Assembly: GCA_002269645.1 (NCBI GenBank)
Contig: NIVC01000860.1
Coordinates: forward strand, 62,001 to 126,000
Direction: 5' to 3'
Source of the DNA: Macrostomum lignano
Taxonomy: Eukaryota
Length of the DNA stretch: 64,000 nt
Shown here piece after piece: positions 1 to 11,711 of this stretch. Both the position numbers and the translations under genes were made by a program. How positions within the stretch are numbered: position 1 is the stretch's first letter; each line of letters opens with the position of its first letter. Below the pieces are notes generated by a model. The model worked only from the letters and a program-made list of their open reading frames with translations, ran no database searches and was not told where the DNA came from.

Positions 1-216
1 GGAGGCGGCGGGAGCTGTTGCAGATCTCCGAGCCGTGGAAGGAGCAGCGGGAGGATCAGATGTCGTGGCGGATGAAGCGGCTGGCGGCGGGTCGCTGCCT
101 TCGACGGTTGGCTGCTCCGCGGCAGTGGTCGCTTCAGCAGAGACTGTGGTGTGGTCATTCTGGGACTGCTGGGTCTGGTCGCCAGATTGGTCAGTTGTCG
201 ATGGTGTGATGACCAT
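1..216 (-). CDS. N-terminus of gag-like ORF of LTR retrotransposon A (runs off the left window edge)
   Basis: ATG at 216-214, 5 nt downstream of the PBS, opens MVITPSTTDQSGDQTQQSQND... with no stop to base 1. Position after LTR+PBS is where gag is expected. Confidence 0.55.
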   Translation of the reverse strand, partial: MVITPSTTDQSGDQTQQSQNDHTTVSAEATTAAEQPTVEGSDPPPAASSATTSDPPAAPSTARRSATAPAAS

Positions 217-220
217 AACG

Positions 221-231
221 CTCTGCTACCA
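221..231 (-). other. Primer binding site complementary to initiator tRNA-Met
   Basis: Minus strand reads TGGTAGCAGAG, the reverse complement of the eukaryotic tRNA-iMet 3' end (CUCUGCUACCA), 4 nt after the LTR-terminal CA. Confidence 0.8.
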
Positions 232-235
232 AAAT

Positions 236-491
236 TGTCGAATAGACAATAAACTAATAAAATGTGATTAGTGGTGCAGAAAGGAAGAGAGTGAGAGAAG
301 AAGTGAAGGGCCTAAGCCGCGGGTTGAAGTTGTATTTATACTAACAATAATGAACAGGCCAGCCGAATTGTCTGTGGTAAATGAACGGTTACGATAGTCT
401 GTGGGAAAGGCATGGTAGACAAAAGGAGACGGTTAACTGAAAAGTACAAGGTAATAGAAAGTACAAATATTTGGAGGATGGAAATCCGACA
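236..491 (-). mobile_element. 5' LTR of LTR retrotransposon A (256 bp)
   Basis: Minus strand begins TGTCGGA and ends TTCGACA (TGTCG...CGACA inverted termini), contains TATAAATA, and is followed by the PBS and an ORF. Confidence 0.7.
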
Positions 492-887
492 GTTACCTTG
501 TTACCTGTTACCTGTTACCTGTTTCCTTGTTACCTGTTTCCTGTACCTGTTTCATGTTACCTGTTACCTGTTACCTGTTTCCTGTTACCTGTTTCCTGTT
601 ACCTGTTACTTTGGTACCAGTTAACTTTTACCTTGTTACCTGTTACTTTCTTACCTGTTAACTTTTACCTTGCTACCTGTTACTTTCTTACCTGTTACTT
701 TGTTACCTGTTAACTTTTATTTTGTTACCTGTTTCCTGTTACCTTTTACCTGTTACTGTTTCCTGTTACCTGTTTCCTGTTACCTGTTTCCTGTTACCTG
801 TTTCCTGTTACCTGTTTCCTGTTACCTGTTACTTTGGTACCTGTTAACTTTTACCTTGTTACCTGTTACCTTGTTACCTGTTACCTC
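492..887. repeat. (TTACCTG)n-type minisatellite
   Basis: Degenerate tandem TGTTACC/TGTTTCC 7-mers; the same family recurs at 15536-15765. Confidence 0.9.
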
Positions 888-911
888 TGTTATGTCAGAG
901 GCAACCTGATG

Positions 912-2304
912 TCAAAGATTGTCAATGAAATGATTGTCACCTGATTGCCAAATGTCAGATGTTGTGATTGGCAACCCATCTTGACTGAGCACTGCTCCAA
1001 TCGCTACCTGAGACGCGTCGCACTCAAGCTCTAGATGCTTCTTGGGGTCATAGGTCGCCAGCATGGTTTCTTTAGACAGAGCAGCCTTGATTTTCTTGAA
1101 CGCTGTCTCTTGTGCGCCAGTCCACATGAACTCGCTATCATTGCGTCGCAGCTTTGACAGCGGCTCGATCAGGTCAGCCAGATTTCTAATAAAACGGCCT
1201 GAGAAGTTCACCATTCCAATGAACGATTCTAATTCAGCGATGTTTTTAGGAGCTGCCATCTACCGAATGGCTCGTACTTTCTCCTCACTTGGCTTAATTG
1301 TGCCAGCTTCTAAGACAAATCCAAGAAATTGCACACGGTCTTTAGCTATTTGGCATTTCGACTCGTTGATCTTGAGCTCATAACGTGCCAACTGCGTCCT
1401 GACCTCTGAATCTCGTTTTTGCAGTTCTTGCTTTGTCGGGCCACCAATCAATATGTCATCAACATATGCCACGGCTCCTGGAATTCCTTGAATCACCTCA
1501 GAGATAAGCCGCTGAAAAATACTTGGCGCTGTTTTGATTCCGAAAACTAAAGGATTGTAGCGGAAATTTCCGAACGGAGTGGCCATCACTGTTAGCTCCT
1601 ATGATGCTTCATCTAACTCTATTTGATGATGGGCCTTTTCTAAACCCAAGATAGAGTAGACTTTACAACCCGTGACAGCTGAAAAAGCCTTCTCTGGAGT
1701 CGGTGACGGGTAGCTGTCGTTGACAAGCTGGGGATTTAACGTTTGCTTGTAATCCACACACAGCCTAACACCGCCTTCCGGCTTTTGGATGAGCACAATG
1801 GTGACGCCCAGTTTGAGAATTTCACTGGTTCGATAATTCCGTCCTTTAGGAGCTCGTCCAATTCAGATCGAGCTTGTTCTTTAAAGCAAACGGGACCGGG
1901 CGTGCTTTAATGTACCTTGGTGTGACGTCATCCTTGAGCTGTAAGTGTGCCTTGAACCTTATTTGGGCATCAATTGGGGGCAACTCCTGTCCGGAATCCA
2001 GCACATGTGAGTGCCCAATTGATATTGCCTCCAGGTCAACGTGCACCACATCTCGCCCCAGTAAGGCGAAGCTTCGATTGGATGCCACGACGTGGAACGT
2101 GACGCTAATCGGACCACCGCTCCAGACAGCCTGTAGCTCAAGTTGACCTAGAAGTTTGAACTTGTGGTCATCAGTGTAGCCGACCAGCACAGCCTTGCTA
2201 GGTTGTAGCTGCGGCCTACCCAGGCTTCTCCACAGGTTGCTCGACATGACAGACACAGTAGCTCCTGTGTCAATTTGGCAGCTGAATCTGTCTGCTCTGA
2301 CCAT
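912..2304 (-). pseudogene. Gypsy pol remnant (protease-RT-partial RNase H)
   Basis: ORF fragments 1846-2304 (DTG protease), 1599-1796 and 1260-1589 (RT, YVDD), 912-1259 (RT thumb/RNase H), separated by stops or frameshifts. Confidence 0.9.
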
Positions 2305-2470
2305 TTATGGAGCACAACAGCTGGTCGGACACGACATTCCACTGGATGCCAAGCAGTTCACAACTGCCAAAACGTCAGCCGTTAGAGCGTCTTCTATTTG
2401 AGCTAAATAGTGTTGACTCTCGACTTTCGATTTGCACTGCTTTTCGAAATGTTAGTTTGTCTTCCTACAT

Positions 2471-3216
2471 TTACGACAAATTTTGCCGATGGCTGGGCAA
2501 CCCGGACTTGTTCTTGTGACCGCCGCCACACCTCGTGCAACGGAAACTGCTTGCGAAGTTAGATACAGTGGACTTCCTGTCAGCCGGCCTCCTCGATTTC
2601 AGCAATGCTTGCTTCCCCACTTTCATGATCTGCTCAGAACGGGGTGCTGCAGCAGATTGCAGTATTTTAGTGTCTTTTAGAGCTAGAATCGCTTCGGCTT
2701 CGGAGACTGCCATTTTGAAGGTGAGATCTTCATGATCCTTCACTAGCAGCTTGGCTATAATCGCCTTGTCATTTAAGCCAAGAATTAACTGATCTCGAAG
2801 GCGCTCCTCTCTATTGGAAAACAGGCACCTGACTGATGCTTTCAGCAAGCGCTCAGCAAATAATCTAACAGATTCCATCGGTTCACGTTTCAGGCTTTGA
2901 AAGGTGAAACTTGCTCAGCTAGTGCGTAGGTTTGTGGTTGCAGAATCTCCTTTAGAGCCTTTTCCAGTTGTTCAAAGTTCTTCGAGCTGGGCGCATCCGG
3001 GGACAGGTGGTCGACGATACTGTCATGCAATGCTGGAGAAAGTCTCATTAGCAGAACCTGCGCCATGTCGTCTCTAGTCCATCTGTAGAATCGAGAAGCG
3101 ATTAAGAAGCGGTCTAGCCAACGCTGAAACATTCTGCCATCTTCCAGCTTTTCAGTGTCTGCCATTTGAGTCATAGCGCGATTAAAGAGTCCGTCATTAA
3201 ACTGGTAGCCAGCCAA
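2471..3216 (-). pseudogene. Gypsy gag (frameshifted)
   Basis: ORFs 2890-3216 and 2471-2878: RLRDQLILGL motif and CTRCGGGH knuckle typical of invertebrate Gypsy gag. Confidence 0.8.
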
Positions 3217-3787
3217 CTGCTGATTTACGTCTCGAACCGGTGACTTGGATGGTGTTTTCCCTTTAGATGATCCTTAGACACTGTCTTAGCAGCTCCCATA
3301 ACAGGTGACTTTGCAGCAGGCGATTTTACTTGCGAACTTGTAGTGCCGGTGTCCTTGCTCATTCTTATGCTTGCGACGCCACTGTTATGTCTTTATGCAG
3401 GTTGACGGAAATGATGTCGAGGTCTGTTTGTTTAGCAAGGGTTGAACTGAGTCCCTTTTCTCGGTGTCCTTTCTGTTGGACTTTTTTCCTTTATTTTATT
3501 TGTGCCTTATTAACCATTCATTTCCCAGTGGCAGCTCTGCTGCCGCAAGCTCACCCCGACTCCCTCCCGTGATTACAGAATTTCTGCGTCTATGGCAAAC
3601 AGACTTCCTACCCCAGCACCCCTTTAGTCTCCCGCAGTCGGCAGTAGAGCTGCCGCAAAAAATTGTTTCGTTTAACTGCCCGCTATATTTTGTTCCACTT
3701 TGTCAAGGACACAAATGTCTATGGCACAATAATAGTAATACCCATGCTTTAAGGGCGTTAATGGGAAAATCAGAGGGCACCTAGACG

Positions 3788-4486
3788 ATGGAGCCAGTAA
3801 GTAGCATAGGAAAAATGCGAGCGAAGCCTGTTACACAGGAGGCGCGAAGGATGCACGTTGAATGGATGCTGGACGAGGGAAGCCAGGTGAACACCATCTT
3901 CATGGACGAGTTTGGGGTGAACATCTGGACGGCGAGGACTCAAGGCCGCTCAGCGAAGGGGCTCCCAGCTGTGACTGTCGTCAGCGGACAGCGTGGGCAG
4001 AATCTCACCATCTGCCTGGCCATCTCGCAACTCGGCCTGATTCACAGCACTCTCTTCGAAGGAGGCTTTAAGAACGAGCACTTCATGGAATTCCTCTCTG
4101 AGATCGATGTTCTGATGGAAGAAGAGTTTGTGCTACTGTCCGATGGGGCTCGCGCTCACCTAGGTGTCCCTGGGATGTCTGAAGGTCATGCTCACCGATT
4201 CCTGCCTCCATACTCGCCGTTCATCAACCCGGCGGAGTACGCAGGCTCAGCGCTGAAGGCCAAGCTGAAAACGCAATTGCAATCACCTGCCATTCAGCGC
4301 GAGGTGGCAGATACTGGACTGGCTGCTGCAGCAGGTGCGACACTGCATCAGCACAGGATGCGCATTCTGAAGAGAGAAGTGCAGCAAGCACTGAACTGCA
4401 TCACGCCTCTCAAGTGCCTGCGCTGGATCAACCATTCCCAGACGTACTTCAATCGGTGCTTGAATGCTGAGGACATAATGTTCTGA
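3788..4486 (+). CDS. IS630/Tc1/mariner-superfamily DDE transposase, catalytic domain (N-terminal HTH not found)
   Basis: IFMDEFG (D1), LLSDGARAH (D2), FLPPYSPFINPAE (E); 30 residues between D2 and E; no TIRs recognised. Confidence 0.85.
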   Translation: MEPVSSIGKMRAKPVTQEARRMHVEWMLDEGSQVNTIFMDEFGVNIWTARTQGRSAKGLPAVTVVSGQRGQNLTICLAISQLGLIHSTLFEGGFKNEHFMEFLSEIDVLMEEEFVLLSDGARAHLGVPGMSEGHAHRFLPPYSPFINPAEYAGSALKAKLKTQLQSPAIQREVADTGLAAAAGATLHQHRMRILKREVQQALNCITPLKCLRWINHSQTYFNRCLNAEDIMF

Positions 4487-4814
4487 CTTCGTGCATGTAT
4501 TGTTAACATTCTTTATCGTTATTGTTATGCTATTGAGCTGCTATCTTCAAGCTGGCAAATTAGCTCGCAGTTTTTACCAAATTGGTTGCGCTAGCGGTGG
4601 CTGTCTATGGAAAATTGCTGCGGCTGCGTCAGGCTGAGCCGTGGCCAAATTGGTTGCAGTTTTTATCAAATAGAACGTAAAAAGGAATATTACTTAGTCA
4701 TTCTTCACCTCAGGAGTAATATCTATGGCTTTTTATTTCGACTTTAGATAAACGAGCTGATTGGGCATTCTGGTGTATTCTGTGGTAAAGTTAATGTTTT
4801 GTAGACTAGAAAAG

Positions 4815-4985
4815 GTTTTAGGTCAGGTGACCGTTTGAAAGGTCAGGAGAGGGTTTGGGAGGTCAGGTGACTTTTTTGAGAGGTCAGAAAAGGGTTTGGG
4901 AGGTCAGGAGAGGGTTTGAGAGGTCAGAAGAGGGTTTGAGAGGTCAGAAAAGGGTTTGGGAGGTCAGAAGAGGTTTTGGGAGGTA
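4815..4985. repeat. ~20-bp tandem repeat (GAGAGGTCAGAAAAGGGTTT-like)
   Basis: About 8 degenerate copies visible. Confidence 0.8.
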
Positions 4986-5249
4986 CAAGAGACTTTGGGA
5001 CGTAATAAATAACACACCGAAGTAAACAGACTACTCTTAGTACTAGACTGCAAATCCTGATGCAAGTTAATGCAGTTCTTAGGCCATACTAGCCGTATAT
5101 GCTGCATATATATGCACATATATACTCGTATATATGTGCTTAGATATCTGAAGGTCACTACGAGGAATCGGAAAAATTCAGTGTAATGCATTCATTTGTG
5201 ATCCATTAGTTAAGATAACATGCACTCACCTTGGTACAAAAGCAATGTA

Positions 5250-5800
5250 CTTTTACGCGCACACGTGGTTGAAAGGGCGTAAATTGCTAGCGACAGAGCA
5301 AAATTTGTAAGCGACACAAGCATTCAGAGCACGAGGAACAACTGACTTTAACTTGCTCACGTACCGACCAACCTTTTCAGTCTGAAAGACCACCTTGATA
5401 TGTCTTTCAAAAGCTCTCAGAAAAAGGCTTTTCAAGCTTCTTCTTAAACTGCATAGACGCAACACCAAAGAATGGCAGAATAATCTATAGATTTGGCTCA
5501 GAACTCTCAATTCAATCCAAGAACTACACACAGAGTATAAAGCACGATGAAACATATACACATCTGATCAAGCCAATTTTCCACTGTCTAGGACATGCAG
5601 AGCCTGATATAGTTTAAAAAAAGGCCAGTGAACGTTCACAGTAGTAGAAATGCACCCATACGTCAACGTGCAACCACTTCTTCTCCAAATAAGCCATGCA
5701 GATGTTGGCAAGAGTTGAGAGCAAGGAGGCTCCCCATCGAACAACCATCATTTTCATTTTTCATTTTTGCAATTTCACTTGAGCCAATAAACTGCTTGAA
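5250..5800 (-). pseudogene. Internally deleted Penelope-like retroelement remnant (RT and GIY-YIG pieces)
   Basis: Minus-strand translation gives DGCSMGS / TLANICMAYLEKKWL (PLE RT motif 4-like), HRALYSVCSSW, and VVFQTEKVGRYVSKLKSVVP...CVAYKFC (linker into GIY-YIG), with frameshifts. Confidence 0.65.
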
Positions 5801-6254
5801 AATGGTCAATGGAGATCAAAATGCGTCACTGTAGAAAATCATCTAATGCTGATTTTGAGCTTCCGGTTCCTTTCTATACTCAAGCAAGAGTCAGAAAGTC
5901 CTTCGGAAATAATCGAGCTTGTATTGTAAGAGCTAAGTAAGGTATAATCGGAAAAAATAATCATTATGTTGGTATATTTGAATTGGTTTGGAAAACTGGC
6001 ACAGTAAAAATTACCACTAGTTCCTAGCTACATACAAAAGTATGGTAGGTTTTTTAGTATAGGAAATTCTTGCGTTTTTGCTTCATAGTAGAAAGTGGAG
6101 TGGTGGTTATATGAGAAAAATCGTACTTGAGTGGTTTCGTCAAAATAGTTTAAAAGTAGATAAAATAATCGAAGAGTTTTCAGTTAATCAATCCAGCTCG
6201 ATCTTCTCCAGCAGCGGACTCTGCCGCGGCAGTTCTCGGTGGCTGCGGCGGCCG

Positions 6255-6584
6255 TCACTGCTTGCACACAGCGGCCAGCAGGGCCAGAGCCGCGGTCAGA
6301 AGGAGGCCGCTGGGACCGAACTGCCTCGGCGAGGAGTTGCACAGGTCGGTGTTGCAGCACCAGGTGTTGGTGCTTTCCACGCAGGCAGCGACAGCAGAGC
6401 GGCCAATGACGCCAGCCACATCCGTCTTCATGCAGTAGGTGCCGCTGGCTGTCGCGGTGCTGCTGGACACGGTGCTGCAGGCGGCGCAGAAGTAGCAGTT
6501 GACGGCGTCGGCCGGGGCGGGCAGAAGGCAGGCGACGACCAGGAGGCCGAGAGTGGCCAGACGGAGCACTTGCTGACGCTGCAT
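6255..6584 (-). CDS. Ly6/uPAR (three-finger) GPI-anchored protein, copy 1 (109 aa, intronless)
   Basis: Signal peptide MQRQQVLRLATLGLLVVACLLPAPADA, LU domain CYFCAAC...CCNTDLCN, hydrophobic GPI signal. TATA-like TATTTAAG about 100 bp upstream on minus. Confidence 0.9.
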   Translation of the reverse strand: MQRQQVLRLATLGLLVVACLLPAPADAVNCYFCAACSTVSSSTATASGTYCMKTDVAGVIGRSAVAACVESTNTWCCNTDLCNSSPRQFGPSGLLLTAALALLAAVCKQ

Positions 6585-7214
6585 GCTGATGGCAGGTGAT
6601 GCGTTGCTGAAACTGGGGGCTGCTTGAGGCGGTGTGTTGAGTTCTGAGCTGGCTGAGGCCGCTCCGCTCCGGCGCTCCGACTTAAATAGACGCGAGCGGC
6701 GCCACCCCACGCAGCTCTCCGCCCCAACTCCCGTTGCTAGGCCAAGAACTCCTGCTATATAGAAGTCTGGAGTAGTGAAGTCTCGAAGAGTTCAACCGCA
6801 TCGTATACAATTACAGCGTCATGGCTGGTACACATATTCATAGAATTAAAAATTCAACTCTGATTTGCGATACAATTTTCATGAATATCAAGTTGCATAT
6901 TGTGACAATCGTGCACTTGTGAATGTTCGCACAGCTGCTGTTTCCAGACTTTCATGCATTTAGATGTCCTTTTCTTCTCTCATCTCCCCTAATCCCCGTG
7001 GGTTCTCCTATGCGTTGTCATGACGACTTAAAGACCAACCAATTTTCTCTATGCCTAACTCATGGACTTGAACTCTTGGCTTTTGTCATGAATTTTTTGT
7101 CTCCTACTTCGTCTACGTTTCAGCCATCGTCTGCATGCTCACCCTTTCATTCCATTTTCATTCTATTAAGAGCTTCTATCTAATCTACTCTACTCTGCTC
7201 TACTCTACTGTATC

Positions 7215-7935
7215 CTATCTACCACAGGCTGCCCTATCTACCACAGCCTACCATATCTACCACAGCCTACTATATCTACCACAGCCTACCATATCTACCA
7301 CAGGCTGCCCTGTCTACCACAGCCTACCCTATCTACCACAGCCTACACTATCTACCACAGCCTACCCTATCTACCACAGACTACACTATCTACCACAGCC
7401 TACACTATCTACCACAGCCTACACTATCTACCACAGCCTACCCTATCTACCACAGACTACACTATCTACCACAGCCTACCCTATCTACCACAGACTACAC
7501 TATCTACCACAGCCTACACTATCTACCACGGACTACACTCTCTACCACAGCCTACCCTATCTACCACAGACTACACTATCTACCACAGCCTACCATATCT
7601 CTACCACAGCCTATCCTATCTACCACAGCCTACACTATCTACCACAGCCTACACTATCTACCACAGCCTACCCTATCTACCACAGCCTACACTATCTACC
7701 ACAGCCTACCCTATCTACCACAGACTACACTATCTACCACAGCCTACACTATCTACCACAGACTACACTATCTACCACAGCCTACACTATCTACCACAGC
7801 CTACCCTATCTACCACAGACTACACTATCTACCACAGCCTACCCTATCTACCACAGACTACACTATCTACCACAGCCTACACTATCTACCACAGCCTACC
7901 ATATCTCTACCACAGCCTAGCCTATGTACCACAGC
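7215..7935. repeat. 19-bp minisatellite (CTACCACAGCCTACCCTAT)n
   Basis: Dozens of tandem copies; same family at 10328-10760. Confidence 0.95.
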
Positions 7936-8829
7936 AGGAATTCGAATCTAAAACCACTTCATTCAACGCATCAAAAGTGCTCCAGCGGCCTTTTGATGCG
8001 TTAAAAAAGTATCTATATCCAGACTTGATAATTTTATACTATACCTTCTTCTACCTACTGGCAGTCCGCGCAGCCACGCACAATGGGGGGCAGTGGCTCA
8101 AGCGTTATCATTAACTCACAATAACTCATCGCACTCCACCCACGTTCTTATAGAAACAAATTTTAATGAAAAAGAGATGAAGAAAAAGTACCTCGTATGC
8201 AATTTTTAGCACATCTTATAATAGAATTAAAGAAAACTAATTTTATCCCAAGCTTTGCTATTGTGCTCACACCACCAAGGAGAGAATTAAGGAGCCAGCA
8301 CACAGAGAAGAGATGGGGGCAGCCTCCTTCAACTCAAGATGCTTGCCAGCCGATGGGTCAGCAACCCCAGACTGGCTGAGACGCAATACGCCCGCAGAAG
8401 AAGACACGGAGGGTCAGCAAGCGGCTAAAGTTTAAATAGATTTGTCCCTTCTCTCGCATTCTCAACAATTTAACACAGCCTGTCATACAAATTAAAACTC
8501 TTGCGACGCATAGCAACAGTCTAAAAATATCACTAGTTGCCTGAGTGTGAATTTCCATTGCTTAAGAAAACTCTTGCGTTGCTAAGCACGCCAGCTAGCA
8601 GGCAAGATACTGCTGTTCGTTATTGTCAAGATTTTAACCTGTTCTCTTAGAAACTAAATTTATAATATGAGTAAACTGTAATTTTATTTGTCTCTAATAA
8701 ACTCCGATTTTGGATTGGAAAGTCATTACTGGAAAATATGAGCATTGGGGCACTGACTCTGGGGTAATCGCTAAGCGATCCATGAGTTATCTACTACATC
8801 TACCATTAGCTAACACATCTAAATGTAAC

Positions 8830-9700
8830 ACAGCTATTACATCTACCTTGACTATACCACATCTACCCTAAGTATACCACAACTATTGCATTGACTTTAG
8901 CTACCACATCTACAGTACCTTAACTACCACATCTACCTTAACTACCACATCTACCTTAGTTACCACATCTACCTTAGCTACCACATCTACCTTAACTACC
9001 ACATCTACCTTAGCTACCACATCTACCTTAGCTACCACATCTACCTTAGCTACCACATCAACTTAGCTACCACATCTACCTTAGCTACCACATCTACCTT
9101 AGCTACCACACCTACCTTAACTACCACACCTACAGTACCTTAGCTACCACATCTACCTTAACTACCACACCTTCCTTAACTACCACACCTAGCTTAGCTA
9201 CCACACCTACAGTACCTTAACTACCAAACCTACCTTAACTACCACACCTACAGTACCTTAGCTACCACATCTACCTTAACTACCAAACCTACCTTAACTA
9301 CCACACCTAGCTTAGCTACCACACCTACAGTACCTTAACTACCAAACCTACCTTAACTACCACACCTACCTTAGCTACCACATCTACCTTAACTACCACA
9401 CCTACAGTACCTTAGCTACCACATCTACCTTAACTACCACACCTACAGTACCTTAGCTACCACATCTACCTTAACTACCACACTTACAGTACCTTAGCTA
9501 CCACATCTACCTTAACTACCACACCTACAGTACCTTAGCTACCACATCTACCTTAACTACCACACCTACAGTACCTTAGCTACCACACCTACCTTAACTA
9601 TCGCACCTACCTTAACTACCACACCTAGCTTAGCTACCACACCTACAGTACCTTAACTACCACATCTACCATTAGCTAACACATTTGCATCTACCTCAGC
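8830..9700. repeat. 18-bp minisatellite (CTACCACATCTACCTTAG/A)n
   Basis: Tandem copies with CAGTA insert variants; related array at 26330-26640. Confidence 0.95.
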
Positions 9701-9809
9701 TATTGCATCTACTCAATTCCATGTTGCTTAAGTATATAACAAGCATTGCCTCACGGGCCTTCGTTTTGATTTTTTTTGACATAATGCGCTTTTAACATAC
9801 CGCTTCTAT

Positions 9810-10120
9810 ATATACCACATCTATATATACCACATCAACATTAACTATACCACATCTACATTAACTATACCACATCTACATTAACTATATCACATCTACT
9901 TTAACTATACCACATCTACATTAACTATACCACATCTACATTAACTATACCACATCTACATTAACTATATCACATCTACTTTAACTATACCACATCTACA
10001 TTAACTATACCACATCTACATTAACTATACCACATCTACATTAACTATACCACATCTACATTAACTATACCACATCTACATTAACTATATCACATCTACT
10101 TTAACTATACCACCTACCAC
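9810..10120. repeat. 20-bp minisatellite (CTATACCACATCTACATTAA)n
   Basis: About 14 near-identical tandem copies. Confidence 0.95.
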
Positions 10121-10205
10121 CACCACCACCTACCAATGTCATGCAGTTAGTCAAATGAAACAGTGATCGTGAATGTGGAGAGGCCGGGACTCAAAAGACT
10201 GCTGC

Positions 10206-10219
10206 GTTGTCATGGAAAC
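10206..10219. promoter_or_regulatory. RFX X-box consensus match
   Basis: GTTGTCATGGAAAC fits GTHNYYATRRNAAC exactly; target gene unclear. Confidence 0.35.
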
Positions 10220-10327
10220 AAAAAGGGAGGTGGGCTGGAGGCGAGCAGCAGCTGCTTCACGGAACCGGTTCAAGTGCCTTGCAGTGGACTCTTTGCTATG
10301 GTACAATGGCACAGGGTATCCCATACT

Positions 10328-10789
10328 GTCTGCCACAGCCTACCCTATCTACCACAGCCTACCCTATCTACCACAGCCTACCCTATCTACCACAGCCTAC
10401 CCTATATACCACAGCCTACCCTATCTACCACCGCCTACTGTATCTGCCACAGCCTACCCTATCTACCACAGCCTACCCTATCTACCACAGCCTACCCTAT
10501 CTACCACAGCCTACCCTATCTACCACAGCCTACCCTATCTACCATAGCCTACCCTATGTACCACAGCCTACCCTATCTACCACAACCTACCCTATCTACC
10601 ACAGCCTACCCTATCTACCACAGACTACACTATCTACCACAGCCTATCCTATCTACCACAGACTACCCTATCTACCACAGCCTACCCTATCTACCACAGC
10701 CTACCCTATCTACCACAGCCAACTTTATCTACCACAGCTTACCCATCTACTACAGGTAGGCTACCCACAGATAGGGTAGGCTGTGGCAG
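10328..10789. repeat. 19-bp minisatellite closed by one inverted unit (TIR-like)
   Basis: CTGCCACAGCCTACCCTATCT at 10328-10348; exact reverse complement AGATAGGGTAGGCTGTGGCAG at 10769-10789. Confidence 0.85.
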
Positions 10790-11381
10790 GGTAATGCTGT
10801 GTACAAATAACCATTGAAGCGTAGAATAAGTTGAAGCGTAGCCTTATACAGCCTACTCTTAGTACTAGCCTGCGAATGCTGGTGATGCAGTTTTAAGTCA
10901 TACGAGTGTATGCCGCATACACTGATCTGTGCTTAGGTCTATGGAGGTGACAACGAGAAATCGGTAGAGCTCAGTGCAACGCATTTGTGGTCCATTAGTT
11001 AATATTGCAAGCACATGCCTTAAGTACAGAAGCAAAGTTCGCTAATGATTCTGCAAGGGTCAGAAAGTCTGTGAAATAATTAAGTTTGTATTTTGCGAGC
11101 TGGTTATTATCGAAATAATAGTTATTATGTTGGTATATTTGAGTTGGGTGGGAAAACTGGCATATTAAGGATTACCGCTAGATCATGGCTACAATATATA
11201 TTGAATATACCTTTTTAACACAAGGAATTATGGTTTTTACTACTTCAAATTCATAAAGTGAGTGGTTAAGCAAAAGTCGTCTAGTCAAATAAATCTAATA
11301 GAGTTTCCAGTTCAATCAATCCAGCTCGATCTTCTCCAGCAGCAGACTATGCGCAGCAGTTCTCGGTGGCTGCGGCGGCCG

Positions 11382-11711
11382 TCACTGCTTGCACACGGCG
11401 GCCAGCAGGGCCAGAGCCGCGGTCAGCAGGAGGCCGCTGGGACCGAACTGCCTCGGCGAGGAGTTGCACAGGTCGGTGTTGCAGCACCAGGTGTTGCTGC
11501 TTTCCACGCAGGCAGAGGCAGCCGAGCGGCCGATGACGCCAGCCACATCAGCCTTGACGCAGTAGGTGCCGCTGGCTGTCGCGGTGCTGCTGGACACGGT
11601 GCTGCAGGCGGCGCAGAAGTAGCAGTTGACGGCGTCGGCCGGGGCGGGCAGAAGGCAGACGGCGACCAGGAGGCCGAGAGTGGCCAGACGGAGCACTTGC
11701 TGACGCTGCAT
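11382..11711 (-). CDS. Ly6/uPAR GPI-anchored protein, copy 2 (109 aa)
   Basis: Near-identical to copy 1; flanks also homologous (10855-11880 vs about 5030-6780), indicating tandem segmental duplication. Confidence 0.9.
   Translation of the reverse strand: MQRQQVLRLATLGLLVAVCLLPAPADAVNCYFCAACSTVSSSTATASGTYCVKADVAGVIGRSAASACVESSNTWCCNTDLCNSSPRQFGPSGLLLTAALALLAAVCKQ

Larger units (their letters stand above)
888..3530 (-). mobile_element. Degenerate, 3'-truncated Ty3/Gypsy LTR retrotransposon B
   Basis: Order on minus: LTR end (...GACATAACA at 3391-3383), PBS-like TGGCG (3381-3377), gag with Zn knuckle, protease (IDTGATVS), RT (GGVRLCVDYK, YVDDIL), RNase H start (LECDASQVAIGAVLSQ). Several stops and frameshifts; no integrase. 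Confidence 0.9.

Noticed and set aside
3520-4700. Terminal inverted repeats for the DDE transposase
   Set aside because: No convincing inverted match between the left and right flanks by eye.
6078-6727. Longer ORFs overlapping the Ly6 genes (also near 11262, 17932, 27144)
   Set aside because: Antisense or alternate-frame shadows of GC-rich Ly6 coding sequence.
7135-7920. 261-aa YLPQPTLSTTA-repeat ORF (also 10163-10779, 26269-26625, 30120-30486, 38491-39433, 40165-40951, 43027-44500)
   Set aside because: All are translations of minisatellites or purine/pyrimidine tracts, open in several frames, with no unique coding signal.
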